From: Escherichia coli O157 typing phage 7
Direction: 5' to 3' (one strand)
Sequence record: KP869105
Length of the DNA: 64,000 nucleotides
Shown here: positions 48,565-60,173 of the stretch, piece after piece
Numbering within the stretch: the first letter of the stretch is position 1
How the letters are laid out: each line of letters begins with the position of its first letter
Made by a program: the position numbers and the translations under genes
The notes under the pieces: generated by a model
Told to the model about the DNA's origin: nothing
The model's input: the letters and a program-made list of their open reading frames with translations, nothing else
Databases searched by the model: none

Positions 48565-48914
48565 TTAGAAAGGTCCTGGATGTCTTCTGCGAACTTGTTG
48601 AAGGAGTTGTTGATTTGTTTTTCAACCAATCCTGGCTTACGAGCCACCACATCCGCCTTCTTTGCATCTTTGCGCAGTTTTTCATTTTCACGCTCAATAG
48701 CAGCAATCGCCTCACGATTTTTATTATTCATCGCATCAATATAATTATACTGAATTCGCAAATTATTTAATGCTAAGGCGTTTTCATTGGCCGTTTTTGT
48801 AATTTCTACAACAGACGTTTCTAATCTTTCTACCTTATTTTTTAAAATAATAGATGTTCCGCCAAATGCTATTACAAGTAATAGCAATCCAGCTGTAAAA
48901 TTACTTACATGCAT
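48561..48914 (-). CDS. i-spanin (inner-membrane lysis protein; T4 pseT.3 equivalent)
   Basis: 117 aa; N-terminal transmembrane helix FTAGLLLLVIAFGGTSIIL followed by charged helical region. Confidence 0.7.
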   Translation of the reverse strand: MHVSNFTAGLLLLVIAFGGTSIILKNKVERLETSVVEITKTANENALALNNLRIQYNYIDAMNNKNREAIAAIERENEKLRKDAKKADVVARKPGLVEKQINNSFNKFAEDIQDLSK

Positions 48915-49411
48915 AAAGTTTTAATAACCTCTATAATATCGTCTTGAGAAAGACCGTTAATTAAAATATGATGTTCAGCCGGAGATTTAGAAATTTTAAA
49001 GCACGCCGCAACATCTTCTGCCATATCCGATGCGCTACGATTTGGATTACTAATTCCAAGACGATGCTTTCCTGTCAAAGGATTAACGATGATATAGCAT
49101 TTGCAGCTATTGATATGAACATTAGGTTGAGTCTGATTAATAAACACTTCACAATCATACTTAGCGAGTTGATTTTCTAAAAAGACTTTCATCTCCTCAA
49201 CCGCATCAGGAAGCATATCACGGGCTTGCTCAAGACGACGATTTCGATATTCTTTAATGGTCGTTTTCCGCTTGACTTGCTTAGCTAAATCTTTCTTAAG
49301 ATCGGTGATATATCCAACTCGACGATTTCCTTTGAATACAGAAATCCCATCTGTAGTATCACCGTATGCTTCAACGACCATTTCAGTAGTAATAAGCTGC
49401 AAATCCATCAT
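48905..49411 (-). CDS. alc: Alc (unfolds host nucleoid, blocks host transcription)
   Basis: 168 aa from first ATG (167 from second, matching recalled T4 Alc length); position between spanins and rnlA. Confidence 0.75.
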   Translation of the reverse strand: MMDLQLITTEMVVEAYGDTTDGISVFKGNRRVGYITDLKKDLAKQVKRKTTIKEYRNRRLEQARDMLPDAVEEMKVFLENQLAKYDCEVFINQTQPNVHINSCKCYIIVNPLTGKHRLGISNPNRSASDMAEDVAACFKISKSPAEHHILINGLSQDDIIEVIKTLCM

Positions 49412-49416
49412 AAAGT

Positions 49417-49469
49417 CCTCATGTTATGTCAGTAAGATTACTATAACACAACACGAGGGACTTGTAAAC
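49417..49469 (-). promoter_or_regulatory. T4-type early promoter with stem-loop (PeSL-like cassette), copy B, upstream of alc
   Basis: 51 of 53 nt identical to copy A, including GTTTAC, -10 and leader. Confidence 0.6.
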
Positions 49470-49472
49470 AGC

Positions 49473-51060
<1,588 letters not shown>

Positions 51061-51090
51061 AATAAAATGGGCCTTGCGGCCCACTCCTTA
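51061..51090 (-). promoter_or_regulatory. hairpin-bridged ribosome binding site of denA
   Basis: Minus strand reads AAGGAG-T-GGGCC-GCAA-GGCCC-ATTTTATT-ATG; folding the hairpin would place the SD about 9 nt from the ATG. Confidence 0.45.
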
Positions 51091-52266
51091 AAAGTATTTT
51101 TTAAAACTCATCATAACTTTATCATCAACATCATTATCAATCTGTGCAACAAGATAAGATGACAGTTCTACTTCTTGCGGCGCGGATTGAACATTATCAG
51201 AATTAAGGTATTCACGAATCCAAGGATATGGATGTTTAACCGGAGCATCGGTAATCGGGCATGGAAGACCACACTGTTTCATACGAGATACAGTTAAGTA
51301 ATCAATAAAGCTCCACATGCTATTTGTATTTAATCCAGGAACATCGCCATCTTTAAATAAATGAACTGCCCAATCTTTTTCTTGGCGGTTAACTTCCATG
51401 AAAATATCAACTGCTTCTTGTTCACACTCTTTGGCAATTTTAACCCATTCATCACCATCAGTGCCAAGTTGAAGTTGACGAATAATATATTGTGTACCTT
51501 TAAGATGAAGCTGCTCATCACGTGCAATGAACTTCATAATCTTGGCATTACCTTCCATGATTTCCATGTTTTTATGGAAGTTAAAGGTACACGCAAATGA
51601 TACATAAAAACGAATAGCTTCTAATGCATTAATAACGTGCAGACAGAGATAAAGCGACTTCATCAGGTCTCGTTTACATTCTTCCAAATGAGTGAGACTG
51701 TTTGAATATGCTTCTAAATCATATTCATTTTCAGCAAAATAACTAAAGTTTTCTTTGGCGTTTTCCCAAATACGTGTCTTGTCCAGAACATCATCATAAT
51801 AACGACCAATAGATTCAGCACGTTTCATGATAGCTTTATCTAATACAATCTCATCAAATACCTTTGACGGATCAGCATAAAGATTTCGCATAATATGAGT
51901 GTATGAACGACTGTGAATAGTTTCACTAAAAGTCCATGTAGCAACCCATGTATCAAGGCTTGGGTCTGAAATCAATGACATAAGTACAGCAGACGGTGCA
52001 CGACCCTGAATGCTATCTAGAAGTGATTGATACTTCAGATTATTAGTAAAAATATTCTGCTGATATTGAGGAAGCTTATTAAACTGTGCAGCATCCATCA
52101 TTAAGTTTACTTCTTCAGGACGCCAGAAAAATGACAACTGCTTTTCGGTTAAATCTTCAAAAACTTTATGACGTTGAATATCATAACGCGCAATACCAAG
52201 ACCTGAACCAAAAAACATAGGTTCTTTTAAAACATCAACTGGATTTGTATTAAAAACTGTGCTCAT
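51088..52266 (-). CDS. nrdB: ribonucleotide reductase small subunit, uninterrupted
   Basis: 392 aa continuous ORF with di-iron RNR beta features; no intron-like interruption. Confidence 0.9.
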   Translation of the reverse strand: MSTVFNTNPVDVLKEPMFFGSGLGIARYDIQRHKVFEDLTEKQLSFFWRPEEVNLMMDAAQFNKLPQYQQNIFTNNLKYQSLLDSIQGRAPSAVLMSLISDPSLDTWVATWTFSETIHSRSYTHIMRNLYADPSKVFDEIVLDKAIMKRAESIGRYYDDVLDKTRIWENAKENFSYFAENEYDLEAYSNSLTHLEECKRDLMKSLYLCLHVINALEAIRFYVSFACTFNFHKNMEIMEGNAKIMKFIARDEQLHLKGTQYIIRQLQLGTDGDEWVKIAKECEQEAVDIFMEVNRQEKDWAVHLFKDGDVPGLNTNSMWSFIDYLTVSRMKQCGLPCPITDAPVKHPYPWIREYLNSDNVQSAPQEVELSSYLVAQIDNDVDDKVMMSFKKYF

Positions 52267-52318
52267 AAATTTTCCGCTTAGTTAATAGTTTGGTGACTCG
52301 TCCGTGAGTCAAATTATA

Positions 52319-54583
52319 TCATAATTTACAGGATGAACAATCTTCAGCTTTTGGAGTTTCTATTTCATAATCATCAGTACCAGAACCATCACGGGTATTA
52401 TGATAATAGAAATTTTTTCCGCCAAAATACCAAAAATACAAAAGGTCATCAATCATTATTGACATTGGAACCTTTCCTTTTGGAAAAATCTGCGGGTCAT
52501 AATATGTATTCGCTGAAGCTGATTGACATACCCATTTCAGCATAATAGCTACCTGCGTAAGATAAGGTTTATTACCTTTCTTAGCTAATTTCCATGTATA
52601 ATCATATAGGTCTATGTTATGTTCAATATTGGGCACGACTTGATTAAAGGAACCCTCTTTTGATTCTTTAACAGAGACTGGTCCACGTGGAGGCTCGATA
52701 CCGTTTGTACTGTTAGAAACTTGGGAAGATGACTCACATGGCATAAGTGCTGATAATGTGCTATTACGGATGCCAAAGAGCTTAAGGTCTTCCCGCAGCG
52801 ACGACCAGTCACAAACGTATTTTGGAGATGCGATTTGGTCAATCTTTTTATTGTACCAGTCGATAGGTAATTCGCCTCGAGACCAACGAGTGTCTGAATA
52901 ATATTCACAAGGTCCTTTTTCTTTGGCGAGTTTAATGGATGCTTTAATGAGTCCATACTGTAATCTCTCAAATAGTTCATGTGTTAAATCGTTAGCATCT
53001 TCATAAGAAGCAAAGTTACTTGCCAACCAAGCTGCATAGTTAGTAACACCTACACCGAGGTTACGACGCTTTTTAGCTTTTTCTGCTTCAGGAACTGGAT
53101 ATCCTTGGTAATCCAAAAGATTATCAAGAGCACGAACCTGGACTTCTGCCAATTCATTAATTTTATCTTGGTCTTGCCAGTCAAAATTATCCAGTACGAA
53201 TGCAGAGAGAGTACACAATCCAATTTCAGCATCAGGACTATTCACATCATTTGTTGGAATAGCAATTTCACAGCACAAGTTACTCTGACGAATAGGTGCC
53301 TTTTCACGAATAAACGGAGTATAGTTATTCGTATTATCAATGAACTGTACATAAATCCTTGCTGTTCCTGAGCGTTCAGTCATGAGCAATTCAAATAGTT
53401 CACGAGCTTTAATACGCTTTTTACGAATATTAGGGTCTTTTTCTGCGGCTTCATACAATTCACGGAAACGGTCTTGGTCTTTAAAATAAGAATAATAAAG
53501 CTCTCCGCCCATTTCATGGGGACTGAACAAAGTAATGTAATCGTTCTTTCCAAAACGTTCCATCATCAAATCATTCAGTTGAACACCATAATCCATATGA
53601 CGAATGCGGTTTTCTTCTACGCCTTTGTTATTTTTCAAAACAAGAAGATTTTCAACTTCCAAATGCCAAATAGGATAATAAGCAGTAGCAGCGCCGCCAC
53701 GAATTCCACCCTGTGAGCATGATTTAACAGCAGTCTGAAAATGTTTCCAAAAAGGAATAACACCAGTATGGCGTACTTCACCCATGCCAATCTTAGAACC
53801 TTCAGCACGAATCATACCAACGTTAATACCAATTCCAGCGCGTTTAGAGATATATTCAACAATTGAAGCGGAAGCCTTATTGATAGACTTTAATGAATCA
53901 CCTGCCTCAATAACAACGCATGAACTAAACTGCCGGGTTGGAGTACGGCAACCAGCCATAATAGGAGTTGGCAATGAAATCTGTCGAGTAGATACTGCTT
54001 CATAAAAACGGATAACGTGTTTTAATCTATCAACAGGTTCATCTTGATGCAATGCCATTCCAATAGTCATAAATGCAAACTGTGGAGTTTCATAAATTTG
54101 ACCAGTGGTTTTATCTTTAACTAGATATTTTTCTTTTAATTGCATCGCCCCGGAATAAGTAAATTCCATATCCCGCTCGTGCTTAATTTTTGATTCTAAA
54201 AATGTAATTTCTTCTGCAGAATATTTTGACAACAATTCAGGGTCGTATTTACCTTCATTTACACAGTAAGAAATATGGTCAATAAATGAACGTGGTTCAT
54301 ACTGCCCATAAACATGCTTACGAAGAGCAAACATTAAACAGCGTGCAGCTACATATTGATAATCAGGTTCTTCAACCGAAATAGAATTCGCAGCGGCCTT
54401 AATGACAATAGTCTGAATATCATCAGTTGTCATTCCATCACGGAGATAAGATTTAATATTTTCATATAATTCATAAGGATCTACTGATGTTCCTTCAGCT
54501 GCCCAAGATAAAACTTTAATAATTTTTTGTGGGTCAAAGCTCTGAGAAACACCACTACTTTTGATAACATTAATTAATTGCAT
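52319..54583 (-). CDS. nrdA: ribonucleotide reductase large subunit
   Basis: 754 aa as in T4 NrdA; C-terminal CSSCKL-type redox cysteines. Confidence 0.95.
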   Translation of the reverse strand: MQLINVIKSSGVSQSFDPQKIIKVLSWAAEGTSVDPYELYENIKSYLRDGMTTDDIQTIVIKAAANSISVEEPDYQYVAARCLMFALRKHVYGQYEPRSFIDHISYCVNEGKYDPELLSKYSAEEITFLESKIKHERDMEFTYSGAMQLKEKYLVKDKTTGQIYETPQFAFMTIGMALHQDEPVDRLKHVIRFYEAVSTRQISLPTPIMAGCRTPTRQFSSCVVIEAGDSLKSINKASASIVEYISKRAGIGINVGMIRAEGSKIGMGEVRHTGVIPFWKHFQTAVKSCSQGGIRGGAATAYYPIWHLEVENLLVLKNNKGVEENRIRHMDYGVQLNDLMMERFGKNDYITLFSPHEMGGELYYSYFKDQDRFRELYEAAEKDPNIRKKRIKARELFELLMTERSGTARIYVQFIDNTNNYTPFIREKAPIRQSNLCCEIAIPTNDVNSPDAEIGLCTLSAFVLDNFDWQDQDKINELAEVQVRALDNLLDYQGYPVPEAEKAKKRRNLGVGVTNYAAWLASNFASYEDANDLTHELFERLQYGLIKASIKLAKEKGPCEYYSDTRWSRGELPIDWYNKKIDQIASPKYVCDWSSLREDLKLFGIRNSTLSALMPCESSSQVSNSTNGIEPPRGPVSVKESKEGSFNQVVPNIEHNIDLYDYTWKLAKKGNKPYLTQVAIMLKWVCQSASANTYYDPQIFPKGKVPMSIMIDDLLYFWYFGGKNFYYHNTRDGSGTDDYEIETPKAEDCSSCKL

Positions 54584-54900
54584 AAGTCCTCAACTTGAAA
54601 ATCGTCTTTAAACAATCGGTTAACTATATGAGCTATTATATCACCATGACACGGCTTTGGTTTACATGTGCATCCTAGCCTCATTCCACGTAAAGGCTCT
54701 AAATGTGCTTTAGTTATTTCTCCGGATTTAATTCGACGTATAAAATCTTTTTTGAATAATTCAATGGCAGCCTCCCGGCTGCCAGCATCTTTACCGACGT
54801 AATTTCCCCAAAATGTACCACGGTGAATATTAACATCAAAGTCGGATTTATATTTATTCACTACTCGGCATATACGGCCTGCGCGGTTGTAAGTGTTCAT
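54574..54900 (-). CDS. hypothetical protein with Cys/His cluster (nrdA.1 position)
   Basis: 108 aa; [12 protein letters not shown] motif. Confidence 0.55.
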   Translation of the reverse strand: MNTYNRAGRICRVVNKYKSDFDVNIHRGTFWGNYVGKDAGSREAAIELFKKDFIRRIKSGEITKAHLEPLRGMRLGCTCKPKPCHGDIIAHIVNRLFKDDFQVEDLCN

Positions 54901-55129
54901 ATTGTTCTTCCGTTAAAACAGTAATATCGTAGTAACAGTCAGAAGAAGTTTTAACTGTGGAAATTTTATTATCAAAATACTCACGAGTCATTTTATGAGT
55001 ATAATATTTTTTGCCATAAATGATAATAGGCTGATTTGGTCCTGGAACTTCTAACTCACTTGGATTAGGAAGTGTAAAAAGAACTACACCAGAAGTATCT
55101 TTAAATCGTAAAATCATATATCCTCGCAA
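54854..55129 (-). CDS. hypothetical protein (nrdA.2 position)
   Basis: 91 aa. Confidence 0.5.
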   Translation of the reverse strand: MRGYMILRFKDTSGVVLFTLPNPSELEVPGPNQPIIIYGKKYYTHKMTREYFDNKISTVKTSSDCYYDITVLTEEQYEHLQPRRPYMPSSE

Positions 55130-55137
55130 TAATAAAA

Positions 55138-55998
55138 TTACACCGCCATCTTTCCTTTAATAGGAGGATGTGATTCATAGTTGTTAAGAACAAAATTATG
55201 AGGCTTTGCAAATTGACTCAACCAAAATACCTGCGATTCTGTGTCCCATTCATCAAATTCATCTGGAAATTTTAATTGTAATTCGCATAAATCCATAGGT
55301 TCACGACATAAAATTTCTTTACATTGTTCTACGTGATTCATATAGATATGAGTATTACCACCAGAAAATATCAAATCTCCCGGAATAAGATTACACATCT
55401 TAGCTACAATATGAACTAACGTAGCATATGATGCAATATTAAATGGAAGACCGAGGAAAACATCTACCGAACGTTGATACCACTGAAGGTCAAGGTATCC
55501 ATTACGCACATTAAACTGATAGAACATATGACAAGGCGGTAATGCCATATATTTAAGTTCAGCTGGATTCCACGCAGAAACAATTTGACGCCTATCATTT
55601 GGCAGTTTTTTAATACGATCAATAACTTCTATAATTTGATCTACACCGCCAAAATCACGCCACTGTTTTCCATAAATTGGACCAAGTTCACCGCTATGGT
55701 ATCCTAAATCTTTTGCTTGATTTTCGTAATTTTCATCCCAGACTGTTTTGCCTTGAATTAATGAATCATGTTGAATTAATCGCAAATCATTGACATTTGT
55801 GCTTCCTGATAAAAACCATATTAGCTCAGCAATGCATGCATTCCAGGCGAGCTTTTTAGTTGTTACTGCAGGAAAACCTTTGGTTAAATCCCAACGCAAT
55901 TTAGTACCGAACAAAGCAATTGTTCCTGTGCCCGTTCGGTCATCGGTTTCATAGCCATTTTCAAAAATGTCTTTAATTAAATCTTGGTATTGTTTCAT
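55138..55998 (-). CDS. td: thymidylate synthase, uninterrupted
   Basis: 286 aa continuous ORF; TS active-site region [11 protein letters not shown]; no intron. Confidence 0.95.
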   Translation of the reverse strand: MKQYQDLIKDIFENGYETDDRTGTGTIALFGTKLRWDLTKGFPAVTTKKLAWNACIAELIWFLSGSTNVNDLRLIQHDSLIQGKTVWDENYENQAKDLGYHSGELGPIYGKQWRDFGGVDQIIEVIDRIKKLPNDRRQIVSAWNPAELKYMALPPCHMFYQFNVRNGYLDLQWYQRSVDVFLGLPFNIASYATLVHIVAKMCNLIPGDLIFSGGNTHIYMNHVEQCKEILCREPMDLCELQLKFPDEFDEWDTESQVFWLSQFAKPHNFVLNNYESHPPIKGKMAV

Positions 55999-56043
55999 TT
56001 AGTACCTTATATAAATTATAATACATTTTATGAAGCTAAATAA

Positions 56044-56391
56044 TCAATACGGTTTAGCATCAAATTTTCTCTCAATTTCAGGCGTGAAATATAATTCTTT
56101 ACCGCGTTTGGAAAAGCGACCAATAATATGATAATTATTCTCATCAAACGTGATATTACCAATATCCATAGCTTTCAACCAAATATCGATATTTCTATCC
56201 AGCTTTATGTCAAAATTCCAATACGGAGAACTATTACCGAAAATACTACAAGCGGATTCAGTGAAACAACTGCTATAAATCTTGTCTTTAGGAACTACTA
56301 ATTGATAGACACCTTTAATAAACTGAGGACCCTGCCACTTTGGCTGTTTCTCATCTTTTTCTAATAGAATAGGGTAATAATTAAAATTCAT
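56044..56391 (-). CDS. hypothetical protein inserted between frd and td
   Basis: 115 aa ATG-initiated ORF with no recognisable motif; occupies a site where T4 frd and td overlap. Confidence 0.5.
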   Translation of the reverse strand: MNFNYYPILLEKDEKQPKWQGPQFIKGVYQLVVPKDKIYSSCFTESACSIFGNSSPYWNFDIKLDRNIDIWLKAMDIGNITFDENNYHIIGRFSKRGKELYFTPEIERKFDAKPY

Positions 56392-56410
56392 ATTTCCGCC
56401 GCGCGTTATT

Positions 56411-57369
<959 letters not shown>

Positions 57370-57422
57370 TTTTTAAAGCATTGCATAATAGAATTCATCA
57401 TTCATAAACTCAAATACAAAAA

Positions 57423-57782
57423 TTATATTATCTCCCATCGAAAAGGGTCAGGAGCATATCCGATAGAGTTAATCATTTTAACTAAAGTTACCATTCCTTT
57501 GTTAACTGCTTGTGCGATTTCATCAAAAACTTCATCGCTATCATCATAAAGGTCATTAAAAAGTTCTAACACGTTCTTCTGAACTTTTAATTTATGACCA
57601 ACAATCTCGCCTACAGTAAATTCGTTTCCGCCGATTCCAGTGTAAAACGTAATTACACCAGTTAACAGACTTTCGCGAGAATCTAGGTCATGTGATAAAT
57701 TAATATAAGCCATCCCGGGTGCAGTTTTAAGTTGGCAACGAATTCTTACTTGGGTAATTCCGGTTACATGAATGTCGGACAT
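57423..57782 (-). CDS. hypothetical protein
   Basis: Track ORF trimmed to ATG at 57782 (MSDIHVTGITQV...), preceded by GAGGAAA; 119 aa. Confidence 0.5.
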   Translation of the reverse strand: MSDIHVTGITQVRIRCQLKTAPGMAYINLSHDLDSRESLLTGVITFYTGIGGNEFTVGEIVGHKLKVQKNVLELFNDLYDDSDEVFDEIAQAVNKGMVTLVKMINSIGYAPDPFRWEII

Positions 57783-57792
57783 ATTATTTTCC

Positions 57793-58032
57793 TCACGCTT
57801 TCTTAGCGACTTTCCAGTCAGCTTTAAATTGGTCAACGTCAGAGTGATGAATCCAGAAACCAGATGAGCTACCATCTTCATAAAGAGGACAACCATCACA
57901 CTCATCTTCCCATCCCATATCACGTAAAAGATGTTCAGCTTTTTCAATGAGTTCAGAATCTTTACCGATGATATTAAAATACCATTTACCTCTAACTTCT
58001 GAATCTTTGATGCTCTGGCGTTGTAATCTCAT
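57793..58032 (-). CDS. hypothetical protein
   Basis: Track ORF trimmed to ATG at 58032 (MRLQRQSIKD...), preceded by GAGGAG; 79 aa; early promoter/stem-loop upstream. Confidence 0.5.
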   Translation of the reverse strand: MRLQRQSIKDSEVRGKWYFNIIGKDSELIEKAEHLLRDMGWEDECDGCPLYEDGSSSGFWIHHSDVDQFKADWKVAKKA

Positions 58033-58053
58033 TTTATTCTCCTCAAGTTGATA

Positions 58054-58088
58054 GGGTAATAGTATCACACTACTACCCTGTTGTAAAC
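58054..58088 (-). promoter_or_regulatory. T4-type early promoter with stem-loop
   Basis: Minus strand: GTTTAC, 17 nt, ATACTA; imperfect inverted repeat GGGTAGTAG/CTATTACCC. Confidence 0.45.
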
Positions 58089-58090
58089 AA

Positions 58091-58351
58091 TTATTTTTGA
58101 ATTTTATCGAGCCACTTACCAAGCTTAATCATTTCTTTAGTAGCCTTTTCCATACTTCTGAACTTAACCAATAGAGGATAGGTATCGACACCCATAACTA
58201 AACTGGTTACAAGACTGTGTTCACCCACAAGCCATAACGAATACGTTTGAATATCGAGTCCGTAATTTCTGTCTTTATGGACCCGTACACCCATCACTTC
58301 AAATTTCTCACTAGCTTTTTCTACCGCATCCAGGAAATCATCTTTAGTCAT
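58091..58351 (-). CDS. hypothetical protein
   Basis: Track ORF trimmed to ATG at 58351 (MTKDDFLDAVEK...), 86 aa. Confidence 0.45.
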   Translation of the reverse strand: MTKDDFLDAVEKASEKFEVMGVRVHKDRNYGLDIQTYSLWLVGEHSLVTSLVMGVDTYPLLVKFRSMEKATKEMIKLGKWLDKIQK

Positions 58352-58352
58352 A

Positions 58353-58739
58353 TTAGGCCTTAAAAGTTTTTCGCAAAAGTTCAATGATTTCATCTACATT
58401 GTTTTCGTCAACAATGCAGTGAATTTTTGTTACGCCAGAAACTATACCTTCATTAGCGGATTGAGGCTTTTCTAAAGTTACCTCAGTAAAGTATTTGAAT
58501 TCTTCAGAGTAAATCTCAAAATACGTCTCAAGTGGGCCACCCGCCATGTATTCAGTGCCGTCTTCCATAGTTACACGTACCACACAGTCACCAGCACAAT
58601 CATCACTTTCCATTTCATCTACAACAAAACTAGGTCCGTGCTTCTCTATTAAATTTAGCATCATTACATTGCAACGGCACTCGTTAGCAAAGTCATTTTT
58701 AAATAAAGGGTTAATGATATAAGTTTTTCCAACTTCCAC
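58353..58739 (-). CDS. hypothetical protein, GTG start
   Basis: 128 aa; GTG start with GAGGAAA 7 nt upstream. Confidence 0.5.
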   Translation of the reverse strand: MEVGKTYIINPLFKNDFANECRCNVMMLNLIEKHGPSFVVDEMESDDCAGDCVVRVTMEDGTEYMAGGPLETYFEIYSEEFKYFTEVTLEKPQSANEGIVSGVTKIHCIVDENNVDEIIELLRKTFKA

Positions 58740-58785
58740 TTTGATTTCCTCATTTTAACGGGGCTATCAAATAGCCCCTTGATAA

Positions 58786-59016
58786 TTATTGTTCAATCAG
58801 TCCCATGTAAAATTCTGCGTCTTCAGAATCCATGCCATCGCAATATTCATTAGCCATAAAGCGGGTAAGGTCTTCAAGAGGACCTTCAATGACAATAGAA
58901 AAATTGCAATAATTGGGATCATCATGAATACTTGTGATACTAAGTTCAGGATAACGATTACGAATAATCTCTTCAATATATTCAAAATCAACGATGTCAA
59001 TATCAACTTTAGCCAT
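58786..59016 (-). CDS. hypothetical protein
   Basis: Track ORF trimmed to ATG at 59016 ([13 protein letters not shown]...), preceded by AAGAGGAAA; 76 aa. Confidence 0.5.
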   Translation of the reverse strand: MAKVDIDIVDFEYIEEIIRNRYPELSITSIHDDPNYCNFSIVIEGPLEDLTRFMANEYCDGMDSEDAEFYMGLIEQ

Positions 59017-59108
59017 ATTATTTTCCTCTTTAATCATCAGCAGTATTGCCGATAGTTGTATAGTACCATGGAAGGACAAGGATGTAAACAGTTTTGTGAA
59101 AAAATTTT

Positions 59109-59139
59109 TGAAAATAAAAAAGGGGACCTCTAGGGTCCC
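59109..59139 (-). terminator. intrinsic terminator after gene 32
   Basis: GGGGACC-CTCTA-GGGTCCCC hairpin with TTTTTTATTTT on the minus strand. Confidence 0.65.
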
Positions 59140-59163
59140 CAATTAATTAGTAATTATAATCTA

Positions 59164-60072
59164 TTAAAGGTCATTCAAAAGGTCATCCAGGTCCGTGTCA
59201 TCAGCACTAGATGAACTACCAGAGCTTGAGCTCATAAAATCATCTTCAGTTTTTGTATTGAAGTCATCAACATTGAATGCATCCAAATCATCAGCAACTT
59301 TATCAGCTTTCTTAGCAGCAGTTGCAGCGGCACCGCCCATCACAGCAGTTCCCATAACTTGACCGAATTTAGTATTCAGTTCTTCAAACGATTTGAATTT
59401 ATCTTTAGAAGTCATTTCAGAAAGGTCAACCATTTGTTCGAACAGTTCTTTCTGGAAAGATTCATCGTCAATGTTTGGAATCGCAGATTGATTCAGGAAT
59501 TTAGATTCGTCGTAGTTACTAAAACCAGAAACTTGTTTAACTTTCAGTACAAAGTTAGCACCTTCCCACGGACAAGTTACATCAACCGGAGTTTCACCCA
59601 TTTCAACATCAACTGCAATCATTGCATTGATTTTATCCCAGATTTTCTTACCGAAACGGTATTTAAATACTTTACCTTCATTTTCTGGAGCAGCTGGGTC
59701 TTTTACTACAAGAATGTTAGCCCAGTAAGAAGTTTTACGTTTAACAAGACCGTACTCTTTATTGTCAGTGTTGTATAAATCATTTTTACTGATGTATTGA
59801 CATACTGGGCAAGAATCGTAATCACCGTGGGTAGATGAACAGTTTTCAATATACCATTTACCATTTTTCTTGAAACCGTGATTTACAAGAATTGCGAATG
59901 GTGCTTGTTCATCATTTTTAGACGGAAGAAAACGAATTACTGCTTGACCGTTACCCGCATTGTCGAGTTTCAGTTTCCACTCGCCTTTATCTTCAGAAGA
60001 AAAACCACCTTTATTTCCAGCCAGTTTAGCCATTTGTGCAGCGAGTTCAGCAGTAGATTTACGTTTAAACAT
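59164..60072 (-). CDS. 32: single-stranded DNA-binding protein gp32
   Basis: 302 aa; N-terminus [17 protein letters not shown] and acidic Ser/Asp-rich C-terminus as in T4 gp32; leader with pseudoknot-forming repeats. Confidence 0.95.
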   Translation of the reverse strand: MFKRKSTAELAAQMAKLAGNKGGFSSEDKGEWKLKLDNAGNGQAVIRFLPSKNDEQAPFAILVNHGFKKNGKWYIENCSSTHGDYDSCPVCQYISKNDLYNTDNKEYGLVKRKTSYWANILVVKDPAAPENEGKVFKYRFGKKIWDKINAMIAVDVEMGETPVDVTCPWEGANFVLKVKQVSGFSNYDESKFLNQSAIPNIDDESFQKELFEQMVDLSEMTSKDKFKSFEELNTKFGQVMGTAVMGGAAATAAKKADKVADDLDAFNVDDFNTKTEDDFMSSSSGSSSSADDTDLDDLLNDL

Positions 60073-60140
60073 TTTTATTTCCTTTTTAATTTAATTAACA
60101 GTTGGTGCTATGACGATGTATGACCTCATAGCTGGTCAGT
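60073..60140 (-). promoter_or_regulatory. gene 32 mRNA leader with pseudoknot-forming inverted repeats (autoregulatory operator)
   Basis: Interleaved stems 60107-60113 with 60126-60132 (GCTATGA/TCATAGC) and 60121-60125 with 60134-60138 (TGACC/GGTCA), 35-66 nt upstream of the gene 32 start, then an AT-rich tract. Confidence 0.55.
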
Positions 60141-60165
60141 GAGATAATTATAATCTATTTATAAT

Positions 60166-60173
60166 AAGCAATT
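60166..60173 (-). promoter_or_regulatory. T4 late promoter box on minus strand (gene 32)
   Basis: Plus-strand TATTTATA overlapping the gene 59 stop. Confidence 0.5.

Noticed and set aside
51088-55998. Group I introns or homing endonuclease ORFs in td and nrdB
   Set aside because: Looked for interruptions of the reading frames; both genes are continuous and no GIY-YIG/HNH ORF lies within them
57423-57947. Long 174-aa form of the ORF
   Set aside because: The N-terminal extension overlaps the upstream gene 57793-58032 in another frame; internal ATG at 57782 with GAGGAAA fits better
58786-59142. Long 118-aa form of the ORF reaching the gene 32 terminator
   Set aside because: The extension reads through the terminator hairpin at 59121-59139; internal ATG at 59016 has a strong AAGAGGAAA Shine-Dalgarno
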